From Isurus oxyrinchus (Eukaryota): a stretch of 64,000 nucleotides of DNA. Every line of letters starts with the position of its first letter. Within the stretch, counting starts at the first letter, position 1. Both the position numbers and the translations under genes were made by a program. This document shows positions 51,963 through 62,790 of the stretch, piece by piece. The notes below the pieces were generated by a model. It was not told where the DNA came from, did no database searches, and worked only from the letters and a program-made list of their open reading frames with translations. The stretch lies in NCBI GenBank assembly GCA_026770705.1, contig JANJGN010000152.1, positions 682,001 through 746,000 of the forward strand, written 5' to 3'.

Positions 51963-52072
51963 TTTATATGACGGGGAGCTGGAGACTGCAGTCCTGGACT
52001 GCACTGGGAGACCGGGCCTCAGAGCTAGACTGAAATACTTTAGGGGGATCGAAGTTGATTTGCATGGGGCGG
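51963..52072 (-). promoter_or_regulatory. NAR-TCR V promoter: TATAAA (51963-51968), octamer ATGCAAAT (52058-52065), GC box (52066-52072)
   Basis: Motifs read directly upstream of the leader exon in Ig VH-promoter order and orientation. Confidence 0.6.
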
Positions 52073-52924
52073 TACCGCTGAGATCATTGATGGGCCGGAC
52101 GGTTCCCAGGTCGCTGGCTAAGTGTTGTGTGAATAAGAGACAGGTTTATAAAAGGAGGCTGCAATTTGCCGACTCCACATTTGGATTGTGATCCGGATGT
52201 GAAAGCCCCTCCCACAATACTCTGGTGTACAGGAGTGGGGAAGAGGAGCTTTTCTTTCTGCCAGTTGTGCTGCCGCCTTCATTTCCCCACTGGAATGAAC
52301 TGGAAGGTCGGTGTATGTGTTTGTTTTGGGTGGTGTTTGTTAAAGGTAAAATGTGGGCACAGGGCACCAGGTGAATCCCCGCGTACCGCTCTTATTCTAA
52401 TATTCTGGACATTGTTTAGCATCGCCCTGAATGGGCTGGTGGGGCATCAGTTAGACGTCTGACCTGAAGGCCGGCGCCTCAGGTCTGGCATCTTCCATGG
52501 CCCAGCGACTGGGGTTCAGGTTACAATATGATGAGGTGCAGTTACATTACTAATATCCTGGCAGACGTACACAACATACACCAAGGCTAAGTAGCAGCTG
52601 GTTAGCTCCGCTGGCTAGGTGGCTAGTGTCTGGTTTGGAATAATGCCAATAACATGGTTTCTGTCCGCGTTCTGGCTGAGGTTGACTTGGGTCCTTTCTG
52701 CTCCTGCGAGTGGAAGGCAATTAAAAACCACGACAAACAAAGCTGCCAAGAAAACAGCTCAATGCGAAGTAATTGCAGAAAATCGTCCAAGGACCTGCCC
52801 AGGCGCAGAGCACACGTGAATGAATGCAAACTCTCCCTGTCATTTAACCAAATGCTTCCTGCACCAGCCCTGCGGTGCGTTATACGTATTTCAGTCATGT
52901 TTGATTTCCAGTTTGGGAATACAC

Positions 52925-54177
52925 AAAGACAAGTCAGAATGAGGAACCTGCTGTGGCAGGGAATAGTTGGAAATAGCATTGATGTATTTATTGGAACACT
53001 TGAAAATACAGGACGGAGAACGGAACAGACCAACATAGGGAGCTGGATGGAAATAATCAGTTAGATTTCGGGCGGGGTCAAATTGTAATGGATTATATCC
53101 ACAGGCCGAATGGCCCATTCTTCTTTTTCATTATTCTTCCTCTGTAATGTAAAATTGAGAGAAAACTCCGCCCAGAGATCCCGGGAAATAATCAGTCAAT
53201 GTGCGGAAAGAATCGAAATTGTCAGAGAGCCGAAAGAGGCAGTTCCCAGTGAGTAACAGTAAAACCACTGCGGAAACTGAACAGACTGAAACCAACCGAC
53301 AGCTGAGAGAGTTTGGGGCAAGCTCCCACGATTGGAAGAACCGCAAACAGCAGAACGTAAATGTGAAATAAAGGAAACATGAAATAATATAAATAAAATG
53401 AAATTCATTGTGAATATTCCAAATGAACTGAACTGCAGAAAATTGGAGCCTATTGGTAGAACATAGAGAAATAGAGAAAAGGACAGATAGAAGCTCCCGG
53501 ACAGTTTAAAACCGCAGTAAATGATTGACATTTGACCACTGATGTTAACTCTCGGTTTGGCAAAATCGGTGCTAATGATGCCCATTTTTGTTGGATCTTG
53601 CAATGCGCAGATGTGTTCCTCTGCGACAAACATGTTTTTTTAAAAAACTGATTGCCTCACTGATCATAAGATGTTGCATCTGGTTTGTCTCTCAACAGGG
53701 AAAATAGAAACGGGAATGTAGTATAATTCATAGAATTATCCAGCATGCAAGTTTGATATTCGACCCATCGTGTAGGTGCTGCATCTTTAAAAGTATAATT
53801 CAATTAATCCCACTACCCAAGAATTTTCTCCATATCCAGCGCAGATCCATTATCAGTTTGAAAGGTTCAATGGAATCTATTCCAATCAGGCAGTGAAGCC
53901 CTGATTGGAAGATTTCGCTGTGGAAAAGAAAATATCACCTCATTCCTGACTTGATCTCAATTTAATAACCGTGAATACGTTTCGCACCGGCTTCAAACAA
54001 AGAAAATTACTGCACAAACAGAGCTATTCACGCGATTGGCAAATTCCCCCGGACAAACACTGGCTAAACGAAAAGATATATATTTTTTTTATCCTCCAGA
54101 TTCCAATTCCCTGGTGTCCTGGAATCCCCCTGTACAAACCCCTGCTGCCGGTGACACAGTTGCTTTAAACTGTGAAT
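52925..54177 (+). repeat. Inverted duplicate of ~47655-48955 (supporting-V intron and 5' exon)
   Basis: Collinear reverse-complement similarity, e.g. parallel pseudo-ORFs 48468/53131 and 48762/52891. Confidence 0.9.
54100..54177 (+). pseudogene. 5' fragment of a second leaderless supporting V-delta
   Basis: tcctccag|(D)SNSLVSWNPPVQTPAAGDTVALNCE*, truncated at the breakpoint. Confidence 0.8.
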
Positions 54178-54412
54178 AGGGATGGGCAGGTAATACTGGT
54201 TCGGCCAGCAACGTTCAATATCACGAAAGCATGGAAAAAGCCGTCCTCAATCTGTAGCCCGTTCGGACAGTCAAACCAACGAGTGTTGCTACTGCACTTG
54301 GGTCTCTGTCAATTATCTCAGTTCGAGTACTGACAAAGTTCTGTTAGAAGGGCATTTTTTTATCTCTCCGCAGTTGCTGCCTGACTTCACTTTTTATATA
54401 ACCCAGCCCCTA

Positions 54413-54426
54413 CTGCCTTCTGGTGG
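54413..54426 (-). promoter_or_regulatory. CTCF-like motif CCACCAGAAGGCAG
   Basis: Paralog of 28876. Confidence 0.55.
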
Positions 54427-54631
54427 CGAGCGTGTGTAAATATTTTCAAACGAGGTTCAGTGAAATTGGGTGACTCAGAGTCATGTGCTCTGCTGAAAAG
54501 CCAACATAGCTGATATCAGTATTGAACATAGGAACAAGCTAGATTTTCTAAATAGTTATGTTGTGATGGTCTTCACATCCGGTCGCCTCGTAATTGAGTT
54601 TTTGAAGTGGATTTTCAAATCTACACACCGG

Positions 54632-54960
54632 TGTACCGGTATGAGTGTTTAACTTGTTTCCAACCCAGTGAGTCTCAGGGAGCAGGAGTAAACTGTAGCG
54701 TCAGTTAGATACAGTCCAGTGATGATTAAAGTGATGAATTTTGTCACGCTTCTGATATGTGCATTTTAGCAAAATCCGCTTTATTTTACAGAACCGTTCG
54801 GGTAGCATATAAAACTACGCATTGGCTGTGTTTCAGCATATTGCTGGTACCATTTGCCTTCCCATGTTGCATCATTGGTACATTTTAAGCTCACTTCTTC
54901 TACTTTTGTCTTAACTCTTGCGGAAAGTGGCTGAATAACAGAATCTTCATGGCTCAGATC
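54632..54960 (-). pseudogene. TCR V pseudogene (paralog of 28375)
   Basis: SHEDSVIQPLSARVKTKVEEVSLKCTNDATWEGKWYQQYAETQPM...FITLIITGLYLTDATVYSCSLR; RSS cactggg-23-accggtaca. Confidence 0.8.
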
Positions 54961-55168
54961 TCAAAAATATGTTCCAATAGGAAAGATCAAAGGCAGTCTC
55001 TTGGTCTGGAGGAGGTTTATTGTGAAAATCAGATGCACCACCACTGTCCAAAAACTTCTTTAAAAAACAACTGGGGAAGAATTTAGAATCGGAAATTGTT
55101 GAACGTAATCTTGAGCCCGGAGGGCTAACAAATTCTGTGAAGACTTACCTTGTAGTTCCATGTCACCA

Positions 55169-55182
55169 CCACCAGAGGGCAG
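55169..55182 (+). promoter_or_regulatory. CTCF-binding motif CCACCAGAGGGCAG
   Basis: Consensus; paralog of 28124. Confidence 0.7.
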
Positions 55183-55678
55183 TGGAGGACTGTGTTGGGT
55201 TCTGAGTCGGGGCGAGTTCCAGACTCACAACAGTGTTCAGAAACTTTACTGAAGAAAATTGACTAAAAAAATGCAAAAATATAAACGTTACTTTCTGCCA
55301 ATGTTTCTTTTATTCTTGGTGTGTTGTAAATATGGAAAGAAAAGGTCACATTGCAATCCATGTGGGGAAGCACACGGGCTCAAACTATAAAATGAGATGT
55401 TTGGACATTCCTGTTGTCACAATGAGATTGAACACAGTGTGGAATAAAGGCTCAGCCAGAATGCGGGAGGAAAATACTCGAGAATCCTTGGATGCTTAGT
55501 TGAAGATGAGATTTAGGAGATCTATACTAGTAAGGAGGCAATATCTGTTCTAATTTGTAACTAACTTGAGGGCTGCAGATTGGCGGGAATTCCCGTGAAT
55601 GATTGAACCATGCAATTGTCAGTATGCACCACCATACATCAGCGTGATTCAATGAGAAATATTGAAAGTGGGCCATCT

Positions 55679-56019
55679 AGTGTGAACTCAGGGACAGTGT
55701 GAGCTGGTGTCAGTGTGAAACACTGAGTCTGGGCGGCTTGGTGTGAGCTCAGAGGCAGCATGAATTGTGTCAGTGTGAAACAGAGTATGGGCAGCCTGGT
55801 GTGAGCTGAGAGGCAGCGTGAGCTGTGTCAGTGTGAAACACTGATTATGGGCAGCCTGGTGTGAGCCCAGAGGCAGCGTGAGCTGTGTCAGTGTGAAACA
55901 CTGAGTATGGGCAGCCTGGCGTGAGCTAAGAGGCAGCGTGAGCTGTGTAAGTGTGAAACACTGAGTATGGGCAGCCTGGTGTGAGCTCAGAGGCAGCGTG
56001 AGCTGTGTCAGTGCGAAAC
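55679..56019 (+). repeat. 60-bp minisatellite, ~5.7 copies
   Basis: gtgagctcagaggcagcgtgagctgtgtcagtgtgaaacactgagtatgggcagcctggt repeated. Confidence 0.95.
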
Positions 56020-56229
56020 TTCTAGTGGGTAAGCTCCATGACTCATTTTCTTTCATTAGGTCGATAGGAAGGCGCCTCTGAGTGGCTCCTTGTTAAGTTT
56101 TCAAAATAAAATGTCCATCTCCTGATTTTAACCTGACCCCCTGGAGAATTGCTTCAGCCTGTATTGCATGTGTTGTGATGAAGCTTCGGATTTGCCGAGT
56201 ATTTCTGCTGTTTTCAACTCTGATCAGCA

Positions 56230-56590
56230 CGAAGGTGATCGGTGAAGATGAGGTGATGCAGCTCCATCAGCGGATGGTTGTTAGTGAAATGGGAATCATA
56301 TCATATCATCATAATTGCGTCTGACATCGTGCGTTGGCGCAGACAGCTCCGGAATCTGTCCATCGCCCACCGCCTTCCACCTCCCCCCCAGCCCAACCCC
56401 CGCCACCCCGTCAGCATCTGGTGATGGCCACAAGAAGGACTGATCAACACGAGATGATCACTGCTTCAATCGAGGGGGGCAACAAACGCTTTCCCATGAC
56501 TGAGGGACGCTCAGGTTATAGACACTGCCACTGATCTGTGCTCCATAAGGTGACAGCCTAACGATCAAATGTTGAGCTCGTACAGAAACC
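56230..56590 (+). pseudogene. TCR V pseudogene (paralog of 26771)
   Basis: DIVRWRRQLRN...AQVIDTATDLC; nonamer acagaaacc at ~56582. Confidence 0.6.
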
Positions 56591-57095
56591 TAGACCGAGT
56601 GTGTGAGCAGTTCTGCTGTGTTTCAGGGATCGGTCTTTCGAGTGGCGCTTTTAGAAAGATCCGAGGGCAGGATTAATGAGATGAGAACGTAAAATAAAAT
56701 CAAGAAGTGTAAGTTTGAACAGAGTTAGAAATGAAGAGAGTTGGAAACACAGAGAAAAAAAGGAAAAGTTAGCACACAAGCCAGAATGAATAAGAGGAAA
56801 CCAGAAAGCGAAAAAGGGAAGAGGACAAAAAGTTAGGAAACAATGCAATCATAAGTGGAAGAAAGCAAACATTAACGAGTGCGATGCATCAATGTAAAGA
56901 TCAGATAATGTCATCATTGAGGAGAAACTTAAATAAGGTGAAATGCCCGTTCCTTTAATATTTCTCATATTTCCTCCGTTGTTACACAGTTGAATTTTTT
57001 GAAGTCCGTTTCAGAAAGTGTGGTTGCTTGAAATTGTCCCATGGATAAATTAGCATTCTGCTCATTGTTCAAACTGTGTAAAATTCTTAGATTTC

Positions 57096-57109
57096 CTACT
57101 AGAGGGCGC
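57096..57109 (+). promoter_or_regulatory. CTCF-like motif CTACTAGAGGGCGC
   Basis: Paralog of 26233. Confidence 0.6.
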
Positions 57110-58149
57110 AGTGGTTACAAGCCGCCCCTGTTATCAATCGGAAATTGTAGAGACAGAACTGGCAGAAACATTGTTAGTTGCAATCCGACGAACAGCTTCC
57201 CTTTGTAATTGCTCTGAGCGCCACCTGAAGAGACCTTTTAACCTTAACAAAAGGGTAATAACATTAACTATGCAGCCTTTGCTTATACTGTCTACTTGAA
57301 TATGGAACAGGAGGAGAAATCATCGAGACACTTGCAAGTAACGGAATATGTCACCTGAAAGAACAACATTCTTCGTATCCTTCCTGAATGTGGCTATGTT
57401 CTTTGATCTCCCAACGAATTGTGGATCATGTGAATGATTTGCTTATTTATGTTTCAGAAATGTGTGAGGATATGCCTGGGAATTGATTTGTTGATTTGAG
57501 GCTGAGATAAGGCAACAAACCGCGGATGCATTCATATGTTTCTCACAGCATAAATCTATTACATTTTCTGAATTAATATTTAGCCTAATGACTAATAACA
57601 GATCCCTAATCTGTTGAGCTCCAGGCTGGAGAAACTGTGTGCTCGCCATGTTTTCCAATAGTAGAATTTTCACTTTCATTACTGATTAACATCATTACAG
57701 ATTTTAGCACAAAATACAGTCTAACATTATAGGAAGAGCTGCAGTTTCGGGCATATCATTTCTTGCATATGAATTTAAAGCGAGTCTTTGCCTGTCCTTT
57801 CCGATGGCATAACATTTCCAACATGGGAATTATCCTTGTTCCAATAGTTAGCCCGTAATCATATCAAATATCAGAATAACTGTTTATTATCACATTTATC
57901 TTTGTTGGATCCCACTGTCAGCATCATTTTCTGGTCCGTTTCCTTGTATTGCAGTACAACTTCTCAAGTATTCCATTGGATATAATGGTGCAACGTACTT
58001 TAGGACACCATGAGATCGCAAAAGGAGCTAGAAAAATGCAATTTACTTCCTTATTTCTAAAAAAACACAATTTAATTTGGAAACTAAATATTCAAAAGGT
58101 TTAAAAGTTCATTACCATTTTAAGAATGCACTGAAATATATTCCATGGT

Positions 58150-58385
58150 TCATCTGTCCCAGAAGTGTTTGATGGGAAGTTGTAAAGCAGGATTTACTCT
58201 GGCTCTAACAGAGTTGCATCAAATCTGGGAGTGTTTTACAGGGACAGTGTAGAAAGAACTTTATTCGGTATCTATCCTGTGCTGTACCTGTCCTGGGAGT
58301 GTTTTATAGGGGCAGAATAGAGGGAGATTGACTCTGGAACTAACCCGTGCTGTGCCTGCCCTCGGCATCTCCTTGACAATGTAAA
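58150..58385 (+). repeat. ~65-bp tandem satellite
   Basis: Paralog of 24905-25270. Confidence 0.8.
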
Positions 58386-59844
58386 GTGAAATTTACTTGG
58401 AGAGAGAATGAAGTAGAGAAAGGACAGAGAAGAGAGAGAGGGAGAGAGATAGAGAAAGAATAGAAAAATTAAGTATTCATACACGACATTTACAATTCCA
58501 ATATTGTTCCAAAATAAGTCGGTTTTGTAGTTAACCCGGGTTTCTTTGTTCTTTTTTCAAAACTGGACAGCCAGACATTCAGAAACATAAATCTTCGCAA
58601 AAACGTATTTTCTTTTCTGTTTTCCTAAAATAATCTTTTTCGGTGCAGCCAAAATGTTTTGAGGCCCTCGCACTTATTTTTCTGTGGAAACTTTTTGTTT
58701 TTGATCTTTACTGCGCCCTGGCATTTGAAACCCAGCTGTGAATTGAATCTTAACAGGAAAGATTTCTGCTCATGTTTGCATCCATTGTTCCACTTTCAAG
58801 GTTACCGCGCATCACTTCATTTCCTGTAATATGGTTAGATTCAGTTACGTTTAAAGAACATCGTAGCATATAGCTTGGGGTTTGAAAATGAAATGATTTA
58901 AAAAGTAACGTGATATTTTTCAAATATGTTGCCTGCTGGGTTTCATCAGCTTATTGTGCTTGCTTCTCGCTGCTTATTTTCATTCGATTCCATCGGTATG
59001 TACTATCCATGCAGATATTAGCACACTATCTCAGCAACTGTAATTTATGACAAATCATATGTGGCTCTAACTCGGTTTGTCAGTGATGAGGAATGTCCAC
59101 TAAATGCGGACAACATGCTGCGCTATGGGGGAATTTTGGTATGAACATGAGTGACTGATGATTCAGTGAAAGCGTCAGCGAGATTTAATTTAATCACACC
59201 GCACTTCTAAACGCTTCATTAAGAAGACAGCAAAAGCTGTAAAAGTATCAGGAAATGTATGCATGCACTCCGATAAACTGAACTTAGTCTTATTATTCTT
59301 CCATGCGAATATGATGTGTGCAGGTCCACAATTTGCACACATCGTTCCCTACGAACAATTACAGAAAGCAAAGGGCTGCTGAGCTCAACCAGCCTGTCCC
59401 GCAGCAAGAATGAAGTAAATATGAATTGCAGTCACTATTGTAATGTAGTAAATAGTCAAAATGCGCACAGCAAGCACCCACAAAGAACAATGTGATCATC
59501 TGTTTCAGTGATGCCGTTTGAGGCTTAAATTTATGGAAGAGCTGCCCCGCTCTTTTACACAATAAATGACCCTCCTCGGAATGGATCCTCCTCGTTAAAT
59601 TGAGCCTCCATTTAGCAGCTCATCTGAAAAATCGGACCACGGACACTGCAGTGCTCCCGTCATATTGGCGGTAGAAGTGTCAGCATTGGGTAATGTGCTC
59701 GGGTGTCTGGAGTGGGGCTTGAACACACAAATTTATGACTAGAGGAAATAGGGTGGTGAGATTACACTGAGAACAATTACACTGAGCCGCAAATAGCACT
59801 TACCCACGGGGGCGGGTTTCCTTGAGCTGGCAGTTCATCACTGG

Positions 59845-60332
59845 GGTTTTTGTACAGCGAAAGATGTGTTTTAAACCAACTGCTCAGCACGCAGAAATAT
59901 ACGGCGATGACCTGGATTTCCGCTTGAGTGATCGTTAAAGGAAACTCCTTTCCTTCGTCAGTCTGGCCGGCCTCGAATTTCCCTTTGGCAAAATCTGCAT
60001 CGCTTTTATTAGTTATATCTCGATTCAAAATGAAAGGAGGAGCCTGGTTCGTGTGCTGTTTGTACGAGTACAGATCTGGATTACCATGACTTGTTGTGTA
60101 GCTACAGTCTATTTTCATACTACCTCCTTCAGTAATATTCAGTGTGGTATGAGGTTAGGACACAGAATCTGCCTGAATCACATCTGAAATTAAACGTAAG
60201 GAAAAGCTGAATGCAATACTGATTTGAAAAGTCTATTAACATTGCATTACTGCAAACGGATAAAATGATATGGCTGCACCTACCAAACACCAGCGACAAT
60301 ATAACCAGATGACGATGCGGCATGAGCCTCAT
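59845..60332 (-). pseudogene. TCR alpha/delta V pseudogene
   Basis: Leader 60284-60332 MRLMPHRHLVILSLVF|gtaggt; V exon from 60183 DSVS*PHTTLNITEGGSMKIDCSYTTSHGNPDLYSYKQ...AVYFCVLS; conserved Trp changed to Ser; heptamer lost, perfect nonamer 59845-59853. Confidence 0.92.
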
Positions 60333-61385
60333 TATATCCTCAGTAACAATCTCTTCGAATAGCAGATATGTTTATTGTTGCAATCTGTTAAATTAAGAAA
60401 CTGCTGTAAGGAAAGCTATAACGGAAGTGGTGGGGGATGGGAGTGGATGGTGGGTTGGTGGGGAAGGGGAAGTACCTCTTGTAATTCATTTCCAATAAAA
60501 AGTAGCGAATGCCTTAACTGGTTAACAGCATTTCAACACGAGTGCTGACTCGTCAAATATAGTTTTCCCAATTCCTCCTACACCGTCTGATCTCATCACT
60601 CAGAATATCACTCAGTAGGTGAAAGGAGGAGGAGACAAGGTTTAGAGGTTGGGGGGGGGAACTGACCTGGATAGGGTTTGTGTTTGGAAATTCGCCCCTC
60701 TGCCCCTTCCTCAGCCCCAATGGGGGAGACAGGCAGGGCTGCCGGGGGATGTCCTATAAATCCCATTAGAGAGGGTCTTTCATCAGAGATACTGACAGTC
60801 ACAGCAGTTACTGTCGGACTGAGTGGGTAGTTGTTCAGTGCAGTCTTTGCTACGTGGCAAGCTTCATTGTCTGATTGTGTCCCAGGGAACTGAGAGATAT
60901 CCTGAGTGTTTACTTATGCCTTTGTCTGATGATTCTTAAAGAACACTAGTATAATTATACAGTAAAATCCGTCCTTAAACTGGCGTGTCTCCAACGTAGG
61001 CATATTTTCTCTCGTCCCAAATTGTAACCAAATAGTTGTCTAAAAGAATGGGCATGTGATTGTCCTTCAGGTGATATTTCCCCCTCCTCTCTTGTGTCTC
61101 CCAGCAGAAAGTTAACCAAATTCGAAACACAAACAGAAAATGCAAACAGAAACAGAGTGGAGGTTCCAGTCTGTGACCTTTCAGCAGAAACCAGCAGCTC
61201 CTCAGACTGAGTTCAGCTGAAATGTGACGGACATGAAACCTTATTTTTGATTCGCTATGTGCCGATGCTTCTCGATCCGATGAGGATGGCCATAATTCCT
61301 TGTTTTTATACTGTGAACTGCGACTGCCTTCGAGCGGCGACTCGCTGTAAACGTTTCCAAAGCAAGCAGAGAGAAAGCGGGTTAT

Positions 61386-62075
61386 TATTTTTTGGAAAAA
61401 TATACTTTATTCCTAAATGCTAATAAGCGAACATTACAAAACTTTTCAAAATGGCCATCACTAAAAGTGCCATCTTATTCCAGTTTTCCACACAGATCGT
61501 AAGGTGCTTCAATACAATCAATGAACATTGTAGACATTTCAATGTGGCCATTACAGACAGTCAGACAGTGCAATGGCATTGGAGTTATCAACATACATCA
61601 TGTTGCACTTTGAGTTGCTTCAATACAATAATGATACATGTTGCTTTCACTGCATACATTCATTGTGAGCCGTGCAGCCTAAGCAGTCTATTCCTTTTCC
61701 CCAATTGCGCACTTGCGGCGTCTGTCCCAAACGTTAGTGCATCCCTTACTGGACTTTGGAATGTGCCAGCCTGCAACATTCAGTCAGGGACAACTCTTTG
61801 CACTGGAAGACCAGCAGGTTTCAGGCAGACCAAAGAGCGGCTTTCACCGAGTTGATGATCCCCCGGCTGCAGTTGATGTTTGTCTCGGAGTGTGTCCCTG
61901 GGAAGAGCCCGTGGAGCACAGAGTCCTGTGTCACAGCATTGCTCGAAATGAACCTCGACAAAAATCACTGCACCTCTCTCCAGGCCTTCTTAGCAAACGT
62001 GCGTTCCACAAGGAGGTGAACAACCGTCTCCTCCTCGCCAGTCACCTCGAGGGCAGCGTGCAGATGGAATGAGAC
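61386..62075 (-). mobile_element. Tx1/L1-clade non-LTR retrotransposon 3' end
   Basis: ARCPRG..GEEETVVHLLVERTFAKKAW...VLHGLFPGTHSETNINC..IINSVKAALWSA*NLLVFQ (zinc-knuckle C-terminus); aataaa plus A-rich tail near 61390-61410. Confidence 0.8.
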
Positions 62076-62304
62076 TCATGGAGTGTTGGAAGTATCTGAC
62101 AGAGAGGGCCTTTTTCATCACCAGCCAAGCTACATCTTGCTGCTTGTTGGAAAGTTCTGGCGATGGGGCTTTGTTGGTCGCTGTTCAAAGACAAGACGGG
62201 GCTGGTAATTGAAATTGAACTTAAGAAGACGGCATGGTTTTCACAGCTAAGCACTGTTGCAATTGATGTGAACTGATAGAGCACGTACTCTACAAGGCGA
62301 GGGC

Positions 62305-62790
62305 AGTTTCATGACGGGGATGTTGCTGAGAGTCTCAGTGAGCACTTTCAATCTGTAATGTCGGTCAACTGCACACTCGGGATGGGCGAAGTGAACAATT
62401 TCTCGAAGCTGTTGAGGTCTGCAGAAAAACATTTTCCCCTCAAAATCTGTTTTCTCTTCATAACCGCCAGTAAATTTCAACATGGTAAACTTGGGTTGGG
62501 TTTCGGTTTGTGGCCGATACCAATGGAAACAATACCTGTTGACATAAACATTATTATGGGTACAAGCTGAAGCTACACCCGCTTCTTCCGTGTTAATCCT
62601 TGAAGGCAGGGGCAGTATGAGCGAATCTCCATGACCCCGATCCCGAAATCAAGCTCAGAACGAGTAGATCAGATGCGCACGTGTTAAAAAAGTACATCAG
62701 ATTCAAAACACATTGGGAAGGAGGGTGAGTAGGCAATGAGTTAGACGCACCACCATCAGCACCCGATTACAAACCATAATATCCACATTA
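62305..62790 (-). pseudogene. TCR V pseudogene
   Basis: GHGDSLILPLPSRINTEEAGVASACTHNNVYVNRYCFHWYRPQTETQPKF...EEKTDFEGK, frameshift, FSADLNSFEKLFT..VQLTD; decayed leader MWILWFVIG at 62788. Confidence 0.7.

Larger units (their letters stand above)
54178..60714 (-). repeat. Inverted duplicate of ~21402-29135
   Basis: Collinear reverse-complement matches of V promoter, V genes, SINEs, satellite and CTCF sites. Confidence 0.92.

Noticed and set aside
55688-56056. 122-aa repetitive ORF
   Set aside because: By-product of the 60-bp minisatellite; cacactg motifs in it lack nonamers.
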